From Camelus ferus (Eukaryota): a stretch of 64,000 nucleotides of DNA. Both the position numbers and the translations under genes were made by a program. The notes beneath the pieces were generated by a model that worked only from the letters and a program-made list of their open reading frames with translations, was not told where the DNA came from and ran no database searches. The DNA is taken from contig NC_045697.1 of NCBI RefSeq assembly GCF_009834535.1, positions 71,984,001 through 72,048,000 on the forward strand, written 5' to 3'. How positions within the stretch are numbered: position 1 is the first letter of the stretch; every line of letters starts with the position of its first letter. Below are positions 12,688 to 25,572 of the stretch, in pieces.

Positions 12688-15087
12688 CTAAGGGAGAAAA
12701 AAGGGCAATTCAGATAAAGCCAAGTAATTTACTTTGATTCAGTAACAATTTTCACCAACGTTCTAAGTCCATTCTTCACTCCCAGGTAATATTTGGAATT
12801 AACCCACCAAAATCACAAAACAGAAACTCTGAAATTTGAGTAATCAAACTGTAAGAGATGGCACAGAAGTCTTATAACCAAAAGAAATCCTATTAAGTGA
12901 AGCCCCCAAAGGATCTTATAGTTTCCTAGCTATAAAACCTTCAGCAATATTTGCCTTAAAAAAGTAAAATTTTAATAGTAAAACAGCAGCAATGATTCCT
13001 TTATTTATGAAATAACATTAAATATGGGTAATAAAGATAAATGAGACATTGATTATCCACTTCTTCCTAAAAGTAACATATTTGCCCACCATATCCAAAT
13101 TTTTAAAGCAAGTATGGCAGGTCACTTGGGTTACTGTTTCCCCAAGAGAAACCCTCTTGACCTTAGAGGATCCGAATAAGTCCTAAAGAGATAAACAAAC
13201 CAAAGACTGAGTCCAAGAATAAACAAGAAAAGATTCAAGATACCCGGCACACACAGACCGAAGAGGAAGTAATTCATCATTTAAAGGACAGAGGGCAAGA
13301 GCTGGAGCTTGAAGTTACATAGAGTCAAGATGCTCCTAGCAGACAAGAAGCACAAACTTAAACAAAATAAGAGGAGAGAGTAATGCATGAAAAGCCACAG
13401 CTTTGTATCATTCCACACGTTGTGACTCTCTCCTCTGAACAGAAGTCTAGAAGGGAGGACGCCGTCTGTCTCTACGTCTGTCTCTGGGGAGACCTCACAC
13501 CACGTCTTCGTTTTAGTGACGTCCCTGTGCCTATTTATATACAGTGTAAAAATGGCATAAAAAATACCTACTCCAAAGACCTAACAGGTTATGAAAATAA
13601 AATGAAATAACAAAAGGGAAATAACTTTGCCAAAAAAAAGAAGAAATAACTATCTATATAAATTTGGGATATTATTAAAAAGATAGATTCTTTAGTGTTT
13701 CCACAATTCTCTGATCACATTCATAATTTCCTAATTATCACGGAAAGGTAAAAGAACATTTGTATGTGCCGTTAAAGAAGTTTCTGATTTTCCTAATAGA
13801 CATTTTTATGTATAATTACATTTGCAATAAAATAGAAAACCTCAAAATCATAAATGTACAATCTTCAGTCCACACACAGTATCAATTTAATTTAATCTGA
13901 CACAGAAATCAGATGAGCTAAAGATGCAATATATTACGTTAAATATATTACATACATATTATTACATAGAATTTTTTAAATCAGATCACGTGTTTTGTCA
14001 TCCTAGCTTTGTTACTAGCTGATGAGGTGGCTACAATCAAGTCATTTAACCCCCTTGGATTTTAATTTTTTCATCTCTACAGTTGAGAGTTTGTAGTAGA
14101 TGTTCTCCTAGGTCCTTTCTAAACATAATAATAGCAATAATAAAATAAAAACTATGACTTTAAGAAGTTATATCCCTACTTTCACACACAGCTGCAAAAA
14201 CTAAAAGGATCTTCGGATAAAATTTCCTACAACTTAGGAGCTGGCGGTGGTACAACTTTCCCTTTGTTTGGAGCTTGTCCCTGCATCCTCGTGTGTGCAT
14301 GGGATCCACGTGTGTAGGTATTTCTCTAGTTCCCCTTTGTGGCTCCCTCCTATTAAGGTCTCTTTCTCTTTCCCTTCTCTTTTCCTCTCTCTTAAGCCTC
14401 CTCCCTCAGTCTCTCTTCCCTATATGATCACATTACAGATTTGAAATAAAACATTTTTTATTATTGAAATATAGTTGATTTACAACGTTTCAGGTGTACA
14501 GCAAAGTGATTCAGAAAGTAAAGCACGTATATTTATGTGTTGGTTATTTGAATAGCACACTATAGTCAACGGCAGATCAATAACATATTTTATCAGAGAG
14601 AAAAAGTAAGCTGCTGTTCAGTTATCAGCCCTCAATTGATTTTTATCCTACAGTCAAAAAAAACTGAAAAGGTTTGTCAACCATGTTCTAATTTATCCTC
14701 TAGTCTTCTATAGCTGTTGTAAATATATGAAGGAATTTTGTTGTGTATCTTTAGTAAATTTGACACTGCATGCTCTTTAGAAGTAAATAAATATATAAAT
14801 AATAAAAGAGTGTAGAAAAATTAAATTTGCCAAATGTGAGACAGAATAGAGTTTTAAGGCCCTCCGAGGTGTCCCAGAGCTGTCTGAGCACGTCCTGGTG
14901 GCTGGCCTCCCAGAATATTAATTTTATCTCGAACACTGACTTCCCCTGCAGCTTGGGACAAGCCTTTTCATTTGCTGTGATTCAGCTTTCTTTTATCCAA
15001 AACACTATAAACCAGACCATAAAAGGCCGTGAGAATTATGGAGGCTTAAAATGTACAAAGCACTGAAACATTTAAAAGAAACAATTA

Positions 15088-15294
<207 letters not shown>

Positions 15295-18200
15295 TCAGAG
15301 GGAAAAGAGCAGAAATTAATCAGAGCAAAGGAGCCAAATGAAGTTGTACATTAAGCCTGAAATGACTTTCTTTTTTAAAAGCTTAAAACAGGTATCTTCT
15401 TTAAAACAACAAAATCTTCTCAATGAAAATTACATAGGGAGCTGAGAATATAAATACAGCATATAAATATTAATAGTAATACTGCCCACGCTTTCATCCA
15501 TCCTACATCATCATTACAGGATTAAGGACTTTATTTATAGCTTGCAGGGAATTTGGAGAGCATCTAGCAGGGTGATCGTCTGAGACCCACAGGCTCCAAG
15601 CTACCTAGTCTCAGCTATGGCTCAAAGCCTAGTGTAAAACTCAGTCTTCCAGAGGAATAAGAGAGGCAGTGTGAGTTTCAGGGAGAAGGGATGGGAGGCG
15701 AGTGCAAGGCAGGGGTGGAGATGGGTGGGGATAGTTAGCTTCAAGATGACCACAGTTGTTGACACTAAGCTTGCCATAATCACTTGTCTGCAGGCGCCTG
15801 TGGACAGCCCCCCCACCGTGGCGGGGGGAGCAGCACCTCAGCCCCCTTGCTGGCCCCCAGGGAGCCCCAGTGCAGTGAGCACTCAGGAAGGCAGCACAAG
15901 CCGGCAGCATAGAGCAGACACACTGCACAGCCCACCCTACCTGGCTCAGATGAAGGCAAAAATATCCCATCCGGTGGAGACCATGGTGACAAAAGGAGTT
16001 GGTACCGTCTTCTCTCCAACCCCAGGGCCTGGCTCCCAGTAGGTGCTTCATAAACATTACTTAGAATGAAGTGAATGAGTGGCATCCTGACTCTATGGCT
16101 AATGACATGTGTGACCTGTTGCTCTGGGCCTCAGTATCCCCCTGGTTATCCTAGAAGGCTTGGTTTAAAAACAAAATGGGAACAGACCGTGTGAACCGGC
16201 CAGTGGTGGACGGCAGTGCCGGCTGTATACAAATCGGCCCCTGCACTTGTGGGACATTGGCTCTGCCTGTGGCCCCATTTTCTGTGCACAAAGGAACAGT
16301 GTGAAAGGTTAGAAAGCTGCCCCTGCACTGTCACTTCTTTAAAATGCCCAGAAAACATTTTTAAATGTTGGGCCGCTTTCCTCTGTCAACACACAATGGA
16401 GGGCGGAGTAACACCAGATGCTTGGTGAGTGACTGCCACACGCCAGGCACTGCGCTAAATGACTAATGTGTATTAATTCATCTGATCTTCACAAAACCCT
16501 CTGAGGTAAGTACTGCTACTACCTCCTTCATACGGTTGAGGAAACCAAGGTATGTGGAGTTCAAATAAGCTGCCAGAGTCACGTGGATAGAATGCTAGAT
16601 TTCCAACCCAGTCCGGCTCCAGAGTCCACGTTCATTAGCAATCTGCTTCGTTACTCCTTAGAAGTAATCTAACTTAAGCCCAAGGGACTCAACAAAATTG
16701 TGGACCTTCATTATCGTGCTTCATGAATACAGGATTGCTCACCATTACTCTAGTTCAAGCGAGTCTAACTACAAATAAACAGCCAGAGCAAATGTTTATG
16801 GAGTCCAGGATGTAGACCAAACCGTGGTTCCTGCCAACAAGGACCTTGGATCCTTTGCCTGGGGAGGCAAGCAGCCACACACACACACAGAGCAAGACAA
16901 GCTAGCTTGTGTTGGATACCAAGTGAAAAGGACAGATAATAAACTTTACTATGTTACCACAAGAACCATCACAGCACCGACCATGACTTTTCTCTTCTCC
17001 AGATACTTTCCTATCAGTCCCAGACTTCTGATCATGCCCTAGAGTCATCTCATTGGACTCACAAAGGTCCACCTCTTTCCTTTTTCTTATCTTATCACCT
17101 AAAACAATACTACCCACTCCCTTCAAAGTTCCCACTTAGACTAAGTTCTCAGTCCCACCTCTTCCTCCATGGTATATCAATGTGTAGTTGTCCTAACCTT
17201 CCATCCCATCACTAGCCTACATGTATTCATTCATTCAACAAATATAATCCAGCTGGGTAGACAAGATATATACACATTGAAACTAAAAGAAAAATGCAAA
17301 AATTTTTTGAGCACCAAATGGAGGAAAAGCCACTACACATAAAAATTCATCAGCTTCCCCTGAGAAATTCTATTTCATTGCCCATGTTCATGGTTTCTGT
17401 AAATAGCAGAAGGATAAGGATCAATTTCAATTTCTCACTCTCCACAATCAATTCCAAAGATAATTAGTGACCAAATGCTATCAATTCTGCTTGAGATCTC
17501 TCTCGCTCCAGCTTCTCCCTCCCGTTGCTCATGGCTTGAGTTCAGGCTCTCATCTCTCACTCTCCTCATCTGACACATTATGACAGCTTTCTGGTCTTCC
17601 TTCCCCTACTTGGCATGGCCACCAGACTTAGTATCCCAAAACACAGCTCAAATCATCTCGTGCCTCTATTCACAACTATCCTTCATAAACAGACTGCCAC
17701 ACCACCTCTCCAATGTTATTTACCCAGATCAACACAGCCTTTATGCAGATACAATGTTTTCCAAAAGCAGAATTATCTTTGCACTGTGGTTCTTTGTCTG
17801 GAAACACCTTTCTATCTTCATTGCCTGACAGATTCACACAGGGCTCTCCCAGCCACCTCAAAGATCTCCTCTAAGAAGCTTTCCTGGCTCCTCCAGGCAG
17901 AAGGGCCTTGCTTGTCATGTTTCCCACAGCTCTTTGTTTGAAGGTGTGTGGACCGTCCACCATTTCTTGCATGCTACCATCATTCTATCACTCCTGTACT
18001 TGTCTACCTAATACAAATTATAAGATTTTCAAGGACAGGGGCTATATTTTATTCAGTGCCTAGAACATTGCTTAGCAAACAGCACACATTCCTTGATGAA
18101 TGAATTAATGAATGCCATATCTCAAGGTGCAGCCCAGAACTCTTTCGAAAAAATACTAATTCATTTCCTTGTCCAATTTTTCTTACCTTCCTTACTATTG

Positions 18201-20949
18201 TGCACATTTTATCAGAAGCACCTGGGGAACTGTGGAAGTGTGAACCATCGCACTGCAGATGGTTTCCCCTTCTTGTATCATTAGAACATTATTCAAGAAA
18301 AAAAAATCCATTCATCCCCTCAACTTGGGCACCAAAGATTGAACTGGTATAAAAGCATTCCTTGGACTGCTCTATACACCCATAGGACTCCCTCTAATGA
18401 TGTGTTCCAGGGAGAATCCTTTCTCTCTGCTTCTTAGTGAACTCTGAAGGATTTTTAATACATTACAAGCAATATTAGTAACAACAGCTAATATTTATTG
18501 AATGCCCAGAATGTGTTAAGATTCTTCTAAGAACTTCACTTTTTTAAACTTATTGAATTCTCCTAGTTCATAGAGTTTTTACAAGAATAAAAACAGTTAA
18601 TACAGTCCCTGGAATACAGTAAGTCTTCAGTAAGTGTTATTATTACTTTTTTAAAAAATTAGTAAGCAGACATTATGCAAATTTCAGTTCACTTATCCCA
18701 CTGTTAGACAATGAAAGAGCAACAACCCAGGAGTCAGGAGCCCTGGGCTGTCATCCCGTCTCAGGTATTGTACCTAGAGGAAGCCACCTAACCTCTCTGG
18801 AGCATAGATTTATGTCACTGGTTGTATTACGAGTTAGACAATGTGATTTTCAGGGACACTTCGAGTAAAATTCTATTATTCTTATCTGTTATTTGAATTG
18901 AACCGCATTCTGTGATTGCAAAAAAAAAAAAAATGAGGCAACTTTTGGCCATTAATTTCTTGCTAAAATGTACTTAATATCCTAGAGAATTTAATTTATC
19001 ATCAGTTTCTTGCACTCATCAGTATGAGTTTATAAAGCACCTGAAAGGCAATTTAAAAACCACAAAATGTGAGGTTTCAGATAAATAAAACTCTTTGCTC
19101 TGCTCACTGAAATATCAGAGTAAATGTGTTCATAAAATCTCTGAATCATGACTCCTTTAGATTGCTTTTATTTTGGTTTTTCATTCCCTTAAATGAGCTC
19201 AAAATTGACTCTATATTAGGTGAACTGTTATATCAAGAATCCAATGCATTTCAGTAGTTAAAAAATGATTTCTTTGTGAGAAAAGGACAAGCTTACACAC
19301 AGCCAGGGAATGGGGTGAACCTATGAGCACATATATAAGAAGAGTGAAGACATATTCTTTCTGCTCCGTACCAGGCACTGTCCTGGGTGCTTGCATGTAT
19401 TAACTCATTTGATACACCCAGTAATTCTGTAAGAAAGGTACTATTATGACTCCATTTTACAGATGACGCATAGAGACATTAAATAAGTTACCCAAGACTA
19501 CACAGCTGCGCGAAAATGAAACAATTAAGATATTACACCAAGTATAGGCAATATGCCATCAAATTCAACATCTTAGATGAGCAGTGAGTATTCTTCTAGT
19601 TCCTCTAGTTCTCCAGAAACTTTTCTCTATCTCCTCTCACCCAATCCCACCCACTCCAACCTTATTTAAACTCCTAAGATAACATGCACCCTAAGAGGCA
19701 TTTCTTTCGTTATTGGGTCCTGGGTCCAAATAGTCAGAGTCTACTTGATCTTGTAACTAAGAAGTGTTGATTTTTCCATTTTGTGACTTTGCAGTGTTGA
19801 CCCTAGAATTCTTCCACTTACTGCTTCCCACTTCCCTGTTCCTCCCACCTGGTTCCTGAGAGTAACCTGGGAATTGGGGTTAAAACACTTCTGAGTATCA
19901 GTAATTGACTTGCACAGAGTAGAGGATTTGCTTTTTCTGAAGCTTTTCCCCCTGTCCCCAGAATTATGTACATGTTAAATACATTTTATTTAAAAGATAT
20001 ATATATAGTACCTATTATGTGCCAGATAGTACTCTAAATGTTTTACAAACATTGTTATTTAATCCTTGTAGAACCTTATAAGAAAGGTATTATTTTAAAT
20101 GAGAAAAGTGAGGCAGATAGCCCACAGACATAAAGTCAAGCACACAACATAGCTGGAAAGCTGCAGAGCTGGGATGTGAGCCTCGGTGGGCTGACTTCAG
20201 AATCTGTGCTTTTACTGTACTTTTTCTTCTTGCTCACTGCTGAATCCTTAATACACAGAACATAAAGGAGCAAAAAAAATAAGAATTAAAATACTCGTGT
20301 GGGATACGGTAGCAATTTGGGAATATCAAGAAATTGCACAGAGCTAGCAAAATAACCCCTCAACAATTGGTTTCTCTCACTGGTAAAAGAACTCTTCTAC
20401 ATATTTAATGGAGTATGTGAACTAACCAGTAAGGACACACTTCTTTTTTTAACATTTTTTTGCAGGTTACTTTTTTTAATTCAGTATCTATGGCAACACC
20501 ATCATAGGCACTTAAAATAGGCACTGGTGTTTCCTTTCACTTATGAAAATTAAAGCACTAATAACTCAGTACCTTAAGATTTACTCTAGAACCACACTAG
20601 TTCCTTTATCCCTTTCCTAACAATGGCAGATAAATTGACAGTTTTAAAATAATACGATAAGCAGAAGGTAATGGAAATTGGTCACTTATGACCCAAATAG
20701 TGAATGTGCCATCCAACATACACAGCATAAAACACATTGTTTAAAATCAAGAACCAAATTTTCTAAAATTTTCAATTGGTACCAAGTAAAATTTTGACTC
20801 CATAAATCAAACAGCATAACTTCTGAAGCTTAAATGAGTTCTAATTATGTATACTCTAAATACTTCCAGAATATAAGTATTTTTACTCAAGGGATTTGAT
20901 GTAGATTAATTAAGAGCAATAAAGCAGAAAAAGAAGCGCCTTATTTTCA

Positions 20950-21267
<318 letters not shown>

Positions 21268-21274
21268 CTATCTC

Positions 21275-21409
21275 TTATACAAAAACTCACTACAAAAATG
21301 TTAGACCTCTACAATCATAAAGCAGGCCACATCTCTTTAAATCTAGAAACTAGAAAAATAGCAAAAAAAAAAAAAAAAAAAAAGAGAAAACTCAGTCAAC
21401 AGTCTACCT
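21275..21409. repeat. Local direct duplication, copy 1 (135 bp)
   Basis: TTATACAAAAACTC...CAACAGTCTACCT matches 23158-23293 except A21 versus A22. Confidence 0.95.
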
Positions 21410-22110
21410 GTAGCAGCCAAAATACAAGAATGGATTTGGGGATTTCCAGGGACTTTAAACATATTAAAATTAGAATGATGGTAATTCTCACAAGGAGGTT
21501 TAAGACAATTCTGTATCCTCAACCTTCCCTCTCTGTTTTTCTTTGGTTTGATTAGGTGTTTTGTGTTGGCTACGGGAGTGGGTCTGTATAGCATTTCTTG
21601 CAGACAAACACCTGGTTCCCTCACAGTTTCATGGTCAAGAAATTCATCCATTCTAGACTCTGATAATAATTTCAATATATAAAAGTTGTTTTAAAATATG
21701 TCTTTAGCACAAATGGTTGTTTGCTAAGATATATATTATTCTCGATGGTGGGTAGCTTTCCTATATTATATAAAGTTTTGAAAATGGTGCTAGACTGTTT
21801 AGAAATTTATTTAACTATTAATGAGGAACAGAATCTGCATTAGAAAAAATTCTGGGCAGAAATAACTTTTTCAAAGTATCATTTTACTCTTGGGCATATT
21901 TTAATTGTAAACTTTCTTACATATACTTGCATTATTAGGAAGAATACAAAAGAAATTAAACGTATTACTATTGCTAATAAATGTTATGAGAATTATAGAG
22001 TATGAAATACACTCATTCACTCAAATAGAAAAGTCTGTCTTTAAGGTGTGCAAAGAACATTTCTTTGTATACTTCAGCCAGTATTTAAACCCCACTGAGA
22101 CCTTAGCTCT

Positions 22111-22460
22111 GTGCTATGGACTGGATTGCGTCCTTCCCACATTCATACATTGAAGCCTTAACCCACAAGGTGATGATATTTGATGATGAGGCCTTTAGGA
22201 GCTATTAGAGTTAGATGAAGTCACTAGGGTGAGGCCCTGCTCCAAGGAGACACAAAAGAGCTTCCTTGTTCTCTCCCTCTCTCTGCCATGTGAGGACACA
22301 GCCAAAAAGCAGCCATCAGCCATCCAAGGAGAGAGCTCTTAGCAGACACCAACCCTTGACTTTGGTCTTCCAGTCTCCAGCCCATGAGAAAATAAATTTC
22401 TGTTGTTGAAGCCACCCAGTCTACAGTATTTTGTTATGGCAGCTCGTGCTGACTAATACA
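22111..22460 (+). mobile_element. MaLR solo LTR (MLT1A-like)
   Basis: TGCTATGGACTG...GAAAATAAATTTCTGTTGTTGAAGCCACCCAGTC...GACTAATACA. Confidence 0.8.
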
Positions 22461-23157
22461 CTATGAACTGAGCATGCTGAGAACTCCAAAGTTGTTGTTA
22501 ATTGTTTGACCTTAAAGTGCTGCAATTCCTTTCACAACAGAAACAGTCAAATTAAAAATGTAAGATTTGGTAAAAAGAGATCACTACTGTTTATGACAGA
22601 AAGATGAAAAAAACATCAAACACATCAAAATATAGGTAGTTGTTGAAAGCTACAGCTTCAATTGCCTTAAAGAAAATGCACAGACTTTTTTTTTTAATGA
22701 TTTAGTATGTGCCTAAAGCTGTTCTTTACTGAACTCAAACTCTCCTTTGGGTTCCTGACAGTGACAGCTGTGCACCACCCCTGGAAGAGGAGACAGTACA
22801 CTCAATGCTGCGTTAGTCTTCCCTTAGGCCGAGAATAGGGGACAATAAACTAATGGAGGGAGAAAATAGTTCAAAAGCCAACTGAGGGAGAGAAAGCGGG
22901 TGTAGTTTATTCATTACCATGAAGACACCCAGGAGCATAATTGTTAGGCTCAAAAATTACAGAGTCCATGTGGTTCAACCGCCCCACTGCAGGACTCCAG
23001 GAATCAGTGTAGCAGGGTAAACACAGAGCAGCACTGTTTCCCTGCGAGGAAGTCTTAAGGACTTGGACTTCAAGTTCCTCCAACTATAAAATAGGAGGAA
23101 AAGGGGAAGCTGCCCAAAGATAACTTGCAAAGTCTCAGAATTAACAGTCTAAGACTG

Positions 23158-23293
23158 TTATACAAAAACTCACTACAAAAATGTTAGACCTCTACAATCA
23201 TAAAGCAGGCCACATCTCTTTAAATCTAGAAACTAGAAAAATAGCAAAAAAAAAAAAAAAAAAAAAAGAGAAAACTCAGTCAACAGTCTACCT
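23158..23293. repeat. Local direct duplication, copy 2 (136 bp)
   Basis: Matches 21275-21409 except for one extra A in the homopolymer. Confidence 0.95.
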
Positions 23294-25107
23294 TCCTAAA
23301 ACTTGATGACTGTTAAGCAGTTCTTTTCAGACTCTAATTGTGACCCATTAGTGAATCAGGAAATCCACTAAGTCACAGTCAGCATTCTGTAAGTAAAAAA
23401 CAATATAATAGGAACTGTAGAGTGCATTACACACAAGGGTAAGTATGACTTAATCAAACTTTTGCTTCAGTTACACTTTGTACGTAGCATGTACGTGTAC
23501 ACTGGACCACACGATGTAAAGTTCATTTTTCACTATAAATGGCAATCAAGAGTTTTAAAGTCACTATCCCTAAGGATGCCCAGATTGCTCACTGTACGTT
23601 ATTAAAGACACTCTCCTATATATGGTTAGGAAAAATAAACAATGCAGTCGAATACATAATCAACACTGCAAGATAGCTGAGAGTCTTGGCGATCTATATA
23701 GAAAGAACAAAAAGGAAGAGAGATGACAAACCTCTAGGCTTTGCTTTATGATTTTAGAATGAGGATAGAATACTAATAGCATGAAAAACTGAATTAATGG
23801 CAGCCTGATTTATTTAAAATAGCTTCTACCTTCAGAGAACAGTGGTTGTCAGAAGCAGGGAAGTGAAATAGGTGTAGGGTATTAAAAGGTACAAAAAGCC
23901 ATGGGAATATAATACACAGCATAAGGAACGTGGTCGATAATATTGCAGTAACTTTGCAAGGGACAGATGGTTGCTAGGCATAGCACAGTGACCATTTCAC
24001 AATGTCTGCAAACGTCAAATCACTAGGTAGGACACCTAAAACTGACATAATATTGAATGCTAACTATATTTTAATTAAAAACAAAATAAAGGAGCTAAGT
24101 TATGAGTGAAAATTAATTAGTTAGTTTAATTAAATAGCTATCTTCCAGCAAGTAGAATGCAAAGAGCATTACACAGCACCTTGTTTGGCTTTAAACAATA
24201 TTGATTTTGATAGTGCTTTGATTAAACAGTTGAACCTCACACAAGGAAGGCAGCTGTCTGAGAAAGGGCGGTGCTGCCCAGGGCAGAGACAAACAGGACG
24301 AGCGCCCAGGGCCTGCACATTGAGGGTGACAGCAGAACCGGTAGAACCATTGAGGAAGTTCAAACGTCCTCTCAAACACACCCCTTCTCCTCCAAAACAA
24401 ACACTGAAGGAACTATGAAGCCAGCGTGGTCCACAAGAGCTCCTGGGCAGACAGGCAGGGTGACTGACCAGAACAGCATGTGCCTTCAGGCGCTCTCACT
24501 CTCTCCTTCGCCTTCCTGGACTCAGCTGTTCCTCCTTCCACCTGTTTGCTCTTACAAAACTGCTGTTTTCAAGAGCGCCACCCGATGTGTGCTGTGGCCC
24601 TGTGAGCTCTGTGCTAGGGAACGCACACCCCCACCGGCAGACACACGAATGCACAGGGGGCTGACTTCTTCCTAAAGATATTTTCTCAGTGTGGACTTAA
24701 CCTCCTACTTGCTAGTCTCTTACCCCATTAAAGTGATCTCGGAAGGGCCTTATACACAGGAAGCACCAAAGTCAGGTCATGGTAGAGAAAAGAGGGTTTT
24801 GGCCTGTATCATAAATAAGACGCCAAATTATATTCAACATCATTTTAGCACATAGTCCCAGGCATTTCTTCTTCTGTTTCCTCTACTCTGTCTTCCTCCA
24901 GAGCTGACTAGTCAGAAGGTTGGGGGTTTTTTTCCCTCTTCTTTCCCAGATAGATCTTTGTGGAAATGCTGCGGCTGGAGCAAAAAGGAGATGGGGAAGG
25001 TTGAACAATGAGGGCAAGTTCCTCCCTCAGCATTTTTTACAGTGGCAATCTGCCTAGGATAAATGCCAATGAGTTAGGCAAGATGTGAAATTACACAGCT
25101 TAGAGAA

Positions 25108-25572
25108 TGACACACACTCTCTACTGGACCAAACTTTAACCAGGTTCTCCTAAGCCATCTAGGTCTCAGCCTTGCTTCCATCCTTTTGGGCCTGCACTCC
25201 CCAGTGTTAGCAAGAGTCCTGCTAAGTCAGGTTGGAGAAATCCCCCATCGCTAATATTTGATCACCCTTAATATCTGGCCCATTCCTCATTTCTCACCCT
25301 TGGTATCTGATTATCCCGGACTGCCTTCAGTAGGAATCTTCTGAGGTCTAGTAAACCAACATCCCTCCCTAAACTTGATGTTTCCTCTTAGTAATTTCCC
25401 ATCCACTGACCCCCCCACCTTGCTCCTTGACTGTAAACCCCCACCTGTCCGTGATGTACTTGGAACTGAGCCCAGTTCTATACGGAGGTCCCTGCTACCC
25501 CACTGCAATAGTTCTTGCATAAACTCTGTCTTCGTTGCTTTAACTCCTGTCAGGCTCTGGCTTTCCTTGTCA
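25108..25572 (+). mobile_element. ERV1 solo LTR (MER31-like)
   Basis: TGACAC...GACCAAACTTTAACCAGG...TTAGCAAGAGTCCTGCTAAGTCAG...TTGTCA with TG/CA ends. Confidence 0.7.
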
